Assembly (NCBI GenBank): GCA_050084515.1
Contig: CM114271.1
Span: forward strand, 24,614,001-24,678,000
Direction: 5' to 3'
DNA length: 64,000 nt
Source of the DNA: Blasia pusilla
Taxonomy: Eukaryota
The notes beneath the pieces are model-generated. The model worked only from the letters and a program-made list of their open reading frames with translations, ran no database searches and was not told the DNA's origin. This document shows, piece after piece, positions 12,251 to 25,900 of the stretch (positions within the stretch are counted from its first letter, which is position 1; each line of letters starts with the position of its first letter). The translations under genes and the position numbers were made by a program.

Positions 12251-13609
12251 AATGCTAATAAGCCACAGATACATGATGAAGCTAGATGATCGATATTCAT
12301 TGAGAGTGATACGAATACAAGTGGGAAAGTAATGATGGGACAAGAGAGTGCCCAACCTGCTCTTATTAACACCAGAAAGATCTATGTTTTTCTTGATGGG
12401 GCAATTGACTATCTAGGATTGGAGGGAACTAACCACCAACAAGAAGGACAATTGTTTTGATTCTCATGGGATAGGATACACAGTGTTGTGATGTCTTATA
12501 TATATATATATATGATAACGTTGTATATCATGTGGTGACGGATATGTGCACAACAAGTGTCATGGTATTTGTGGTAGAGTGAGAGTATATAATATAACCC
12601 TCTAGAGAGATTACTTAGGTGGTTAAGGATAGAGGAGACATGAGTAACATGTTGGCCCTTGGTAGAATGGACAACATGGGAGTTTTTTACTTGTTACTAG
12701 CTTACTGTGGAGTTTCGAATGACTTGTTTAGATATGTCACCTTTTGAGAGCCTTGGAAGCTTGAAAAGGGATATATCCTAAAGGGAGGCTAGCAGATGTT
12801 CATCTATCTTATGGGGAGCCTTCCAAACAAATGGTTAGGACATGATAATGCCACCAGTGCATTAGACGTGGATTCTATTACAAAGAAAATAAAATAAACT
12901 TGACAAAATTGATATTTAACAATTTAGAAAGGAGCAAGTTCCCCAATAGAATTTCATTAAGTGACCTTTTCAATGATAATGCACATATTTTATGTGATAT
13001 CTTATGAATTGTGTTAGTTATTAATTTATGTATGGGTAGTGGTCAACTAACTAGCATCTGCATGATAATAGCAAAAACATGATACCTCCTTAAGTACACC
13101 GTTCAAGGTAGCGATATGGCCTTCCTATTTGTGCAACTTAGGACCCGGTCCCATGCGGCCGAAGTCGCTAGGACCTGGCCCCAAGGTTCCGAGTCTTTCT
13201 TGATCCGACGCAGAGCATTCATGGGACCCGAACCTAATTCGTGCCGTCAAAACATTGGGCGCAAAGTTTACGACCATATTGCCACCTATTTCCAACGGAC
13301 GAGAAGGAGATAACACGGTTGTTGTATGACGATCGCAACGACCCCGACCGCGACTTGGCAGGGAGCCGGCCGCATGGGACGGGGTCCTTAGAGGTGCTAA
13401 TGTGAGAAATTTTGAAAAAACATTAAATGAAGAAAAATATCGGAGGCCAAACACTTTCCGAAGATTATTTCTCTCCCTCCATTGATATGTTTTCATATCA
13501 ATATCAATGGGGCGTCTCAATTTACGGTGATGCCGTTGGATACATCAGAAATTAGGAAAATAATCACTGTACGCACACAAGTGTAGTCTTGCGGACGGAA
13601 AAGCTTGCC

Positions 13610-13782
13610 CGAGGCCTGATTTGAGACGTCGTATCAGTCGTGTTTAATGCTCGTATAGCGTAAGTTCGATCTAACAGTTGAGGAGCTCAAGATACACGAG
13701 GCCTGATTTGAGACGCCGTGTCACTCGTGTGGAATGCTCGTATAGCGTGAGTTCGATCTAACAGTTGAGGAGCTCAAGATAC
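13610..13782. repeat. 87-bp tandem duplication just upstream of CSN3
   Basis: CGAGGCCTGATTTGAGACG...GTTCGATCTAACAGTTGAGGAGCTCAAGATAC starts at 13610 and 13697, with a few substitutions. Confidence 0.95.
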
Positions 13783-13970
13783 CAGAGAGGAGAAGAGCAG
13801 ACGAGAGAACAGAGAACGAAACAGAGAGGAGAAGTAGCGAAGAAAAGAGGAGGAGGGAGAAGAAGAAGACACGCGAGAAAAGATCGGGAAAAAGCGGAGG
13901 GAGGAATAGAGGGGAAGGAGGTCCTCGATCGATCGGTCCTGGGAGAGGAGGCGATCGGGAGAGGCGCAGG

Positions 13971-16900
13971 ATGGATTCGCTCGACGCGGTGGTGGCGCAG
14001 GTGCAAGCGCTGAGTGGAAGCGCGGATGATTGCGCACATTTGGCGGGCCTGTTGAAGCAGGCGGAGACGGTGCTCGCAGTGCATGCGCCGCGGTTGCCGT
14101 ATGCTCTGACCGCGCTCGATCCCGCGAAGCACTCCCTCGGCTACTTGTATCTTCTGTACGTATCATTGTTGACTTCATCGTGGCGCGAAGAGGAGCTTTG
14201 ATGTATGTCGTGGCGGGTGTAAGAAGAACCGTTTCGTGTTCTTGGGATTTTTTTTTTTGTCCTTTGAATTCTATTCCGTTCAAGTGGCATCGAAGTTATT
14301 GTGACTTTGAGGCTGTCGAGCTGTTTGTTATAATCTCTTCACGCTTAAAAGCAAACTCGCAACTTCGCTCTTCGGAAATGACAAGGGTTCTGGCGGGGAG
14401 GACTGTAAGTGGTAGACTTGCGGAAGGCTGAATATTCAGTTGAGATTGCAAACAGCAGACTCGGGGATGCCGAATTACCTGTGCAGCTGAATGTCGTGCA
14501 CCGTCATGGGGTGTTGACGTGGTTTCCAATCTCCACATTTATCGAGGAAATTTCTTTGCACCGAAAGTCCGAAATGATCGTGATGTCCGCGAACATACTG
14601 TCACTAGGTCTATGCAGTCGAAAATGGTCGAAGAAACATCTCGGTAGCGCTGTCGGCATGATGCTAGGGTTTAAGCGTGAGATGCCATTTCTCTCAAGGT
14701 CTTAGAAACTCCTTTAGAGTTTTACAAGATCTGGGAGATCTATGAGTCGAATCGTTGACATGCAACTATCTCTCACTGTTGCTGGGCATGTGGAGAATTA
14801 GAGTTATGTCTGTGAATGTATGGCTTGCTGGGTCAGCTAAATTCATTCCATGGGGTGTGACTGCAGCGAAGCGCATTCATCCGGAACTTTATCCAGGGAA
14901 CAAGCAGGGAGTTTCGTGGTTGCTGCGTCAACTTTCCTAAGTGTATGTTCAGCAGATCAAATACGACTTGCCGTTGACAAATGTAATGTAGACTCTCGAC
15001 GCGAGGATTCTGTTTCGTTTCTTGTTGCATATATCTTGTCTTAGTGGTGTGTCTCCTTGGTAGAAGGGGTTCTCCTTAATATTCCTTGTAGTCTTAGGAA
15101 GCGACGAGCAGATTGCTCATAAGTTGAGCAATGCAGTAATATTGTCTTGTTGAGAGTTTCTTTTAGACACAACTCAAGTAAGACTAAAGTCGGGAGGATT
15201 ATGTAGAAAATGAAGATGTCGTGACTCAGAAAGAATCTGTGCTTCCGCCCAAAAAATAGATATCACTATGCTTCAATTATTTTCTCACCATGCCCCCATG
15301 TGAATCAGGCGCTGCCTACTAAGGTGTCTTGTTATCCTGATTGTCTCCTTCATTTTTGTCTTGAAAGGTTTCACTTTTCTCTCAAGTGCGGTGGGAAGAC
15401 TCGTGCAAATTTTGAACTCAAATAAGCTCCCATTGGAAGGGCGATACATAAACTTGTAGTCTTAAACTTCAAAAGTATCACATGAGGTCAAGTCTCTTTG
15501 GGGCAGTCATTTCTGTGGCGTGTCTCCACTTTTCCAGTTTCTTTGAAGATCACTCTCTGGTGTAGGTTCAGATCCACACTGAGGATTCTCCCATAGTGGA
15601 CCAGATCATATGCCTCAGACTGTTCCTGGTAGTGGGGAACTCTCAGGCATGGCCACTGAACCAAGGGATTTTGAGCAGCTTTTAATTTTTGGGAACATAA
15701 CGATGAAGCTGTTACTTCATCATCCAAATGAGATACATGGGTCTCCTCTACCCCCATGACGCTCATGTTAAGAATCCTGATAGGAGAGGGAGCTCCTGCC
15801 AGATAGTTACCGTGCCAATTAGGTAGCTAATAGCTGAGTGTGTGGTAAATACCAGTTGAGTTACTGAGAATCTGGTTCGCCTATTGCTGTGCAATCAGGT
15901 TGATGAACTTGGAGCTGCCAAGACAAGTGGTAGATATGAATAGCCTCTAGGTCCTTCATTCTTGATAGTTTCGCTAAGACCTCCGCAACTCTGGCTTGTG
16001 GTATCCACAGGCCAAAGGGTAACCACAGGCCTTTGATAGATCTTTATAATATCTTATTCTTTACTTTTCTTTGCCCAAGCCAAACCTGCTCAACAAGACA
16101 GGCTGGACACTGTTACCTGTTTATTTGACAAAGTTCATATGCAGAGACATACTTAAAGATAATGAATCTTCACATAATTTATGGCATATTTTGTTGGGGT
16201 GCACTGGTGCTCCCAAAAAGGATGCTGCACCACTTCCAACTAATTAAGTTTTATTGAATGGCAGTCAATATGATATGTCGGAGGCTGAAGGATCAAGCCA
16301 TGCAAATGCTGGAGCCTAGCTGTGCTATTCTCCCGTTATATGCAGCTATTCGGAAACTCCAGCCATCCTCTGAGTATTTGACGCCTCTTCATGCGGACTA
16401 CCTTCTGTTGTGTTTGTTATCTAAGTGCTACAAAGCTGGCCTAAATATTTTGGAGGAGGACATCTTCGAGATTGATCAAAAAAGAACTGGCCTTGTACCA
16501 CGTGATTTCCTTCTGTACTGCTATTACGGGTGCCTTTCTCCATCCCTCATTCTTAGATTCTTGGAACTCAAATGCAGATATGAGACAGCGGGGGTTGGAA
16601 AGCCTTGGATCTGCTACATTTTATTGACCCAATGTTTTATACTTATTCTGAAGTGTGAGATCTAAACTTTTATTGTTCTAGCATTAGAATTACTCTGTGA
16701 TCTCCGAGTTCTGTCAGAAATATTTGAAAGCGTTTCTGACATTCACCCCCGAGTCTAGGTGGAACTCTGATGTGAGGAGTTTCACCCAGTAAAATGTCTG
16801 CTATGGCTGTTGTGCGATCGAACATGTTATTGCACATGTTATTGATTCAGCCTAGAGGGAAATGAGAATCAATCGTTCTGTGACTTTCTATTCCAAAGCT

Positions 16901-19900
16901 ATGAATCAAGAAGAATAACACAAGTTTGGAGAAGTTTTCTTAGGATCAAGTGGTTTGGAGACACTGTATCTCAAGTGCGTTATTTGATTGCAGGGGAATG
17001 CTATATATTGGCTTAAAACGATTTGGAAAGGCATTGGAGTTTTTCCAGCATGTAAGTATGTTTCTTCATCCACTCTTGCACATCTCTCTCATCAGATCAT
17101 GTTATTAATAGATTTTTTTGGTGCAGTGACTGTGTTTGGTATGCATGGAGTGCAGGAATCTGGCAATTAGGAAAGCTCTATAATGATTTAATTTTGTCTT
17201 CTATGCAAATCCAGGCCATCACTGCTCCAGCAACTGTCCTCAATGCCATTACCATTGCAGCTTATAAAAAGTTTGTTCTGGTTTGTCTTATTCACAATGG
17301 TCAGGTGGGTCTTTTTCACATTGTGGAGGAGTTTTATCCTCAAGTTTTCATGTGCTGCTCATGCCTCAAGTTAAAGCACTTGTCTTGACTCCAAGCCCAA
17401 AATACTTGTCCTGGATTTACCAGTTGTGACCAATTTGGATAGGCAAAGTGCATGTGTCTGAAGTTCATTTTGTGACTGTAATTGGATGCGATATGCAAAC
17501 CTTCAAATATGAAGTACAACTGCAAAGGCTTTGAATGTTTCTTCTTACATCACTTCTTAGTCCTTAAGATTTTAAAGGATGCATTGCAAGAGGTTGTTCC
17601 TACTTTTGTACAGCCACCCAACGACTGATGGATTATAGATAATGTCTGTTGCATATATTCATACTAAAGGCAATCACTTGTGTAAATCTCAAATGTTAGT
17701 ATAGAGTAGTCTGAGTCCTCGAGAATGTCATTATTTTGTGCAGGTTCCAGCTTTCCCAAAGTACACTCATTCAGTCGTGCAAAGAAATCTCAAGTCCTGT
17801 GCTCAGGTATTTCAAATCTGCGTTTGAAAAACTTTTTTTTTCTTAACAGGCTGTGTACTTGATTGGGCATGGTCTGCTACTGGTATTGTGCTTGAGTTAT
17901 ATTTTCTGGTATTGTATTACCTTTTAATGACAACTTGTAGATTATTTGCACTCATGTGACATTCAACTGATACAGCTTTTGGTTGTGTAGATGAGGGGTA
18001 GATTGACCTGACATAAGTTATACCGAATTGGAATTGTTTGTCATGGATTAGACGTGGAGTCCTCACAACATTCTGAAGTTTGCCAGGAGTCAGCCTCTAG
18101 AGCTATGGAGTGGCAATTATGGCGAAGTGTAGGGTCTTTAGAGGATTTGAAGGCATCTCATACCGTTCATTGACTCTCAAATGCTTTGAAATTTTCTGGG
18201 TAGCTGAAAATCCTCTGCTTGTACAGGATTATTTTGATCTGGCAAACTTGTATAACAGCCGGAATATTATGGATGTCAAGCGCTGCGTCAATGCTCATGA
18301 AGATGTTTTAAAAAATGTGAGTATTTATAAATAACGAGTTTTTGCTCCCTTAGCATTGCAGATTAACATAAGATGGGATCATTTGCACTGTTGTATTCCT
18401 AGCAAGTAGCCCACTCATGGAACTCCCTTGTGGTCTGAGGTAATAAATCTCGTATGCTGATGTCTAACAGGATACGAATTTGGGACTTGCAAACCAAGTG
18501 ATAGCTTCCTTGTACAAGCGAAATATCCAGCGGCTGACGCAGACGTACCTGACTCTTTCTCTCCAAGATATTGCTGATACAGTGCAATTGGATGGACCAA
18601 AGGAAGCAGAGCTGCATATTCTTCGAATGGTGCATTTTTACCCTGTTCTGCTGTGGTTTAATTGATTCAATCATCATCATTGTTGAGACACTCTTGTTTT
18701 TGTAAGTATACACTAATAATATCACTATATTTCTCTAGCACGTGAACCAGGCTAGTAAATATTGTCGTATACACCTGAAGTAACAAGAATAAGAGGAAGT
18801 ATGACTTCTGATTCATCTGTCAGCTGAGTGAATTCTTCATATCTTTCCATGTGTGAGGGAGCTCACAGGATTTTGCATCTATAACACCATGGCTGGTTAG
18901 GAGTAAGGGTTTTTTTTGTTGAAATCCGAATTCTACTTCTCTGAGATATCACTTTTAAAACTTTAAAAGCATGGTAAGATAGCAGATCCCGACAGGATCT
19001 TCCACTAAACCATGTACATGAGGGTAATCACGTACAAAGCTGAAGGAGCAAATCTGAAATGGATTGCATGTAGAACTAGCCTGCAACTTCTATTGAGAAC
19101 TGGGTGCTTGGCACAGCAACACCTTCTTATAATACACAAGACCTGAAGAGGTGGTTGAAACGAAGATGCAGGAGTTTGTGGTAGATTGGTTCTTCGACCA
19201 TTCTTCACACCAATGTACATTCCTTCTTAGTTGATCAAGGCACCAGCAGGGGTTCAGGTATGTAGGAGCTAATCTCAAGACACACTACCTTAGGGGAGGA
19301 GTAGAAGTGAATCAAATTAGGAAAGAGACTGTACTCATTAAGTAGTGCCTGTGGTAGCCTTGCGACCATGGGCCCCACGCCCTGGTTGGATGGTGCTGGA
19401 GACTGGGATGGGTGTAGAGAGAAGAACAAGTGAAGAAGGTACCATATGAGAGGAGGGAGACACTCTCATATAGTGTGAGTGCTGACCAAACAACGTGTTG
19501 GTGCGGAGCTTCCAAGTGTCAACCAAGAAACTCTTCACCACACCATCTACTTTACCTGATTGGGATCCCCAATAGACATTACTTACCAGTGCAGCAGCTT
19601 TGGGCAATGAATCGAGGCTACGGAATGTGTCGAACAATTCTGGTGTTACCAGCTTAGCAATATCAGCATATGCTCTTGCTCTGTGTGTTGTGAATTTTGC
19701 GCAGGAGACCAAGTAATGACTAGAGGTTTCATCTCCATCGTCACACAAGGCGCAAGAGTTTAGTTGTGTTCCCATCCTGCTTTTCTTATGGTTCAAGGGG
19801 ATTGCCCCCGTCCTGAACTTGAACTTGAGCGGGTTCCCTAGCAAGGGGTTCCCCGCAAATAGTTCTTCAGTTCTGCCTTCTCAGGATATACTGTCAAAAG

Positions 19901-22900
19901 AGAGAGGTCAGACATTTTCATGGCTTCCTCCGTGCTGTTCTGCTGTGAGCGTTTGCCCACTGCTTTGGTTTTGGTATCCACGAATGCTTTCTCATCTTGC
20001 TCCCACAGTCCAGGCCCTGCTGGGAGCTTGGATGCTTGCTCAATCTCTTGAACCTTTTTCGTCCAAGATTTGGCCTGCTTTACGGGTCTTCTTTGGGTCC
20101 AAGTTTTCCCCATCACCTCTTTAGGATAGCGATGGGAGTCCATTGTCTCCAGCTGCCTCCTCCATTTCAACTTGGCGATGTCACGTCTATCCTCCAAGGG
20201 TTCCACACCAAGTTCTGATCTCACACCAACTCGGGCTGTTCGTGAGGAAGTTGACATCATACCCTGAAACGCCTTCAGCTGCACAGCTTCAAGCCTGTCC
20301 CTTTGTTTGGTGTTGGCATCCCACACTGCTGCCCCATATTCCAGCAAGGGATGAATGGTATGCAAAATGACAGAGCGCTTTACTTCTGATGTGATGTCCT
20401 GGCAGTGTAGGAATCTGGACAGACTGTTCACCTTCTTGTGGCCTTTCTCAGTAGTCTTCTTAATTTGTGCATCCCACATGCAATCTTCCGAGAATTCTAT
20501 GCCCAGATAGGTGTATGTGGCCACACGGGGGATCTCTTGTTCGCTCCAGTACCACTGTTGGTCTTGGTCCTCCTCCTTGCCATTGAAAATCATCACACCA
20601 CACTTCAGTACATTTGCCTCCATGCCCCACATGTCACACCAGATTTTAGTCAGGGAGATCATCTCTTGGAGTTTCTGTCCTGTTTCCTCTAGGCCACCGA
20701 AGTCATCAGCAAACATGAGGGAAGCAACAGAGCTGTTGCCCACCCGTATGCCTAGTCCACTTTCCTCCATTTCTTCCAAGAGGGAATTCACGAAAATGTT
20801 GAAGAGGGTGGGGGAGAGCGGGCATCCTTGAGCCACTCCTTGCTTGATGTCGAATGTCCCACTCTTTTGGCCATTCACCAGAACTCATTGTGTTCTGGTA
20901 CATCTTCTCCACCACCCTCCACATTTTCCCTCTGAGCTCCGCCTTCCACAAGCTATAAGATAGCCCGTCACGCCATACAGTGTCGTATGCCTTCTTGAGG
21001 TCCAAGAAGAAGCAATAGGTGGGTTTCCCCTCTTTTTTCCTACCCTGGATAATCTGACTGAAGGGGAAGATGTGATCCACGCATCCTCAGGCTTGCCGGA
21101 AGCCAGCCTGGCCTTCCTTGATGACAGAATTCTCCTCCAGGTACACAGAGATCCTATTGTTGAGTATACGGCAGAGGAGCTTCCTGACTACACTCAGCAA
21201 TGTAATACCCCTGTAGTTTCCAGGGTCTTCTCGCTCACCCTTCTTGAAGAGGTTCACGATGACTTCCACCCGCCGTCTTTGTGGGATGACTTCTGCCCGC
21301 TAGACCAGGTTGAAGAGACTCACTAGAGGAACAAGCCATAGCAGAGTGGCCATACTTCAATAGCTCATTCACAAGCTCATCACCACCGCCTGCTTTGTGG
21401 TCCACAAGTTCTTTGATCGCTGTTCCCACCTCATCCAGGGAGAACCAATGGTTATATGGGTTGCCCAGCTCAACCTCTCATCATATACCTTCTCTCGGTG
21501 TATCTTAACAAAATCCTCCACCACCCTCTTGAAGTTCTGCTCTTCAAGGGATGTCTGAGCGGGCTTCCTACCTAACTCTTTGTAATGGTCTTCCAACACA
21601 TGTCGGATCTGTTGAGCCGTGGTCACCATTCCACCGACTTTTCTCTTCAAGGCCTTTACGTCGTTTTTGTCCCTGGCCTTGCCCAATGTTTGCACTTCCA
21701 TACAGAACTTTTTCTGATTCTCAGTGAAAATTCTTATTGATGGATGAGTATGTCGCTTGGTTCAATTTCTTCTTGTGCATGTGCACGAGAAGACGGGTTT
21801 CCTTAGGAAGGGCCACATATTCTGCCCACAAGGATGCATTGTCCTTGGCTTTGGCACTTGTTACATACGCTTCCCTTCATTTGGCAATGGCTGCCTTGAG
21901 TTCCAAGGACCACCATTTGACGGCCCTGCCCCATATTATCAATTTCCTGCTGACGGCAATCTCGGCGGCATCTATCACTCCATGTTCCCACCATGCCAGC
22001 ACCATGTCCACAGTTGTTCTTGTGAACCCAAAGGTCTTGACGGTCTTGGCATTTGAAAGTGTCAAATGCCAAGAGATTTTCTTCCAGCTTGCCAATGTAC
22101 ACCTTCTTGTTACCCTCATCTTGGAAGTCCTCTATCCTCCATTTCTTGATCACTCTCTTCACTGGTTTGGTCGAGCATTTTAGCCTTTGCTGCAACTCTG
22201 TCCAAACCAATGAATTATCCGATCTTCTAATGTCTGTCGCATCCACTGTGATCTTCCCACTGTGTGTGTAGAGTTCCTCATCCACAGCCATGTAGTCCAC
22301 AATGGAGCTTTCATTCTCCTTGAAGTTGACCCTAGTCCAAGCCGGGGAACATGGTTTTTTCAGATTTAAATGTTGGGGTTTTGTATCTATTTGCGATATC
22401 TTCACTTGCGCCTTATGGCTATCATTCAGTGCCATCAGTTGAAATTCCCTCAACATCGTGATCAGCTGCGTGCCATTGCCATTCACTCTCACATCTCCAA
22501 ACATCCCGATCTCCGCTTGGGGATCAGTGCCTTGTCCCACCCAGCTGTTGAAGTCTCCCAGCAAGACTATGTTCCCCTTTGTTTGGAACCCAAGGCAATC
22601 AGTTTTCACACTATCAAACGCTGCCTCTGTTACAGCAGCAGATTCACTGTTGGTCGGCATGTAAATACACCCAATATACATATCCCGCGAGTTGCGCTCT
22701 GCTCGGACTTTGACCCGTATGCTGTGTTCATACTCGAGCCCTGTGCTGATGGTCTCACACCTGTCCACCATGAAGTCTCTGATGAAGAACCCGACACCCT
22801 TAATACCTCTGTTGTTGTCCACCTGGGTGCTGGACATCTCTCCAAACCATGCATAGTGTGGTACGTGGGGTATCTCCATTAACTTGGTTTCCCAAGTTTC

Positions 22901-25900
22901 CTGATCACCGCATATATGTATTTGATTTTTCAGCAAAACTTCAGCAACCTCCAGCTACTTCATTGGATGGGTCAGTCCACAGAAGTTCCAGGTACCCAAA
23001 CGGAGACCTGTCACTAAGTGGGTTGGGGGTCGGCGGGCACCCTTTTGGCGTAGGTGTGGCTGCTTGCAACATGGAACCTCTTCATGTGCAGGCTCTTCAT
23101 CGCTGGTTCCTTGGAGAGCACTAAAGATATAAGGTGTGTAGATCACCAGCGGTTTTGTGGTGATGGGCCTTTCCTTCAAGCTGGAACCACCCTCAACTAC
23201 CATAGCCCTCCAGTTGTATTCACGTCTCAGTTCTTGAGACACCTGATTTTTGTGGCAAGCCTCCTCTGCCCTTGATAGACGCCTTGAAGATACATTGACA
23301 GCCATTCATCATCCGAGTAACCCCAGCTGTAGCCAGGAATTCAAAGCCCAAAGCTGTGCACATGATCTTAAATGAGACGAAGTCTACGGTGGGACGTTCA
23401 CAAAAAATGATCATGTGGAACTGTGGTCTCCTCCTATAGACCAGTTTGAACTCTCTCCCCAGATCCGGACTGCGGGGGGCCTTTGATGGTCTCACATAAA
23501 CATGCCGGTATTCCCCACTCAGCTTGGGGATGCTGAACTTTGGTATGCGCCTTTGATAGGTGAACTGGTACTCCTCACAAGCTTGGGAGGATAGAGATAT
23601 GTTGGGCTCAAGGCCGCTGATTATATGTAGAGGTTTGGCAAACAACTGATTTAGGATCTGGGGAGAATGTTTAAGCTCCCAGCCCAAGAGTCCAGACAGG
23701 GACTCGCTGTCCTATTTGTGCGGAGGGGCGGCCTCCAAGCGGCAGGGTACCCAAAGAGAGCCCGCTTGTTACCCCCAGAGATCATCACTACCTGCCAAGG
23801 TGAACAGCCCTGGCATTAAGGTACAGAGGAGGGCCGGTGAATCCTGCTTCAAAAGAAGGAGAGGTCTCCATTTCTCCAACTAAGTCCACTGGACACCTTA
23901 CTTGTGGCACAACTGCCACAAGTCACATGGATTACAGGACACAAAAATCCACACCTACCAACCAGGGGAACGACATCGCAAGCTCACAACGGGTTCCAAC
24001 TACAGCAATGGGCAACTCGATAGAGAGTATTGCTATATTACTTGCACGCGGTTCACTCATTATATACCCAGGAGCAGTGCTTTAGGGCATGTCGTCCCAA
24101 CATACCAGGCCTGTCAGGACTTGTAGTTTTGGGGTTTAAACTCAACCAGGCCAGGGGGAGAGAGAGAGAATGAATGAATGAATAGATTTATTGTCCACGG
24201 GACCCCACAGGGCCATGGGGCTTAGTTTTGAGACTTAACAACAATTTTGGAGAGAGGTCAAGCACCAGCAAGGGCCTAAGAGGTCCCCTGAGCCAGGTGA
24301 GTGTCCCTAGTCTTCACATAACTATGCAACAATTTAGCAATCTGAATCTGATTCTGCCTAGCCATGAATGCGGGGACTGTGGAAGCCTGGTGATCAAAGA
24401 GATCCGGGAAGTCAAGCCTAATGTGACTGTGAAAGGTGCAGCCGAAGAGGTAATGATGTTCATCATCAATAAGCCCCAAGTTGCAAAATCTACATAATCT
24501 GTCCTCCCTTTTCTTCATTGAGAATTTTCCTTTCTCAATCTCAAGGTCAATAGAGCCACATCTGAATCTCGCTAATGTATGACGTAACTTGTAGCGCCTC
24601 ATTCTTTCACCATTTTTGTGAGATGTATGCCCCCTGCTTTCCCAGAGACGCTGGTGTCGGCCTCAGTTGATGGCAATGTAATTGCTGTGCAATTGTTCAG
24701 CAAGGTCCTGGTGGGTGGCCATCGTCGATGGAGATTCCCCATTTCATGACCCACTCCTTGCAGTCATAGTACCAGTTTTTAGCCCCAAGGGTGGCACTAC
24801 TTTTGGAAACCACATAGGCCCTGGCGGATAGACGATTGGGATCGTCCTCGCAGATATCCTTGAGGTGTTGGAGAAATGTGATCAGATTTTTAACAGCACG
24901 GATCTCCATTGGTACCTCCCCAAACTCAGCCAGTAGAATGTGGTGGGGATTGGTTTTCCTAATGCCCAGACTCTGACGCATGAAGAGTCTCTGGGGGACC
25001 TCAAGGCCCTGGGGCCAAGCCTTGGGGCTGGGGCCCCATACCTCAGATGCATAGAGTGGAGCTTTGAAGAGATGGAGTTTCTGCGGAATATGCCAGAGTT
25101 CCATTCTTCAGCAATTGGATTGCAGCAGGTGTAGACCCCTCAAGCCTGCATTGATCTTGTTGCGACTCCCATTGGTTCTCCATTGGTTGTTGGGTTTGAG
25201 TTGCACCCCCAGGTATATGTACTCACCCTCAATCTCAATAGTCTCCCTTCTCAGTCCCTGGTGAAGGTGAAAGTGTGTGACCGTTGCGCCGTAGGGAGCT
25301 GTGATCCAAAGATGATTATCTTCGTTTTCAGCAAGTTGACTTCCATGCCCGATTTGTTGCAGAAGCTTGATAGTGATTCAGGTAAAGTTGGAGCCCATGT
25401 GCTGTTCTAGACATCAAAACTATATCATCTGCATACAACAGCAGGGGGATGAGGCAGTGTGCTAACCTCTTCAAGTTCGTCAATGTAGAGCCCAAACATT
25501 GTAGGTGAGAGGGGGCATCCTTGTTTGACTCCGGTGTTGGAGGATAAAGTTTCAGATCTGCCCCTCTTAATGGCAATCCCTGCTAACACCTGAGCATATA
25601 AGACCTTGATTGCTGTAAGTTGTTGTGGTGGGACACCCAACTCTTCAAGTCGTTTCCAAAGAAGTGCCCTTGGAACTGTGTCAAATGCCTTCTTGAAGTC
25701 TACAAAACAGCAGAACAATTTTCCCAGCTTGTGACCATTTCTTGACCTGGAAGTTTCTTCAATCAGTACTCGGAGTGTGAGAAGGTGAGAGGGGGCATCC
25801 TTGTTTGACTCCGGTGTTGGAGGATAAAGTTTCAGATCTGCCCCTCTTAGTGGCAATCTGTGCTAACACCTGAGCATATAAGACCTTGATTGCTGTAAGT

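Noticed and set aside
19329-19372. LINE A 3' motif as a hammerhead or twister ribozyme
   Set aside because: CTTAATGAG only resembles CTGATGAG and there is no GAAA core. The twister pseudoknot pairings could not be built.
24075-24157. HDV-like ribozyme at the LINE A 5' end
   Set aside because: P1-like and P4-like stems are present, but no P3/L3 or P2 pairing fits.
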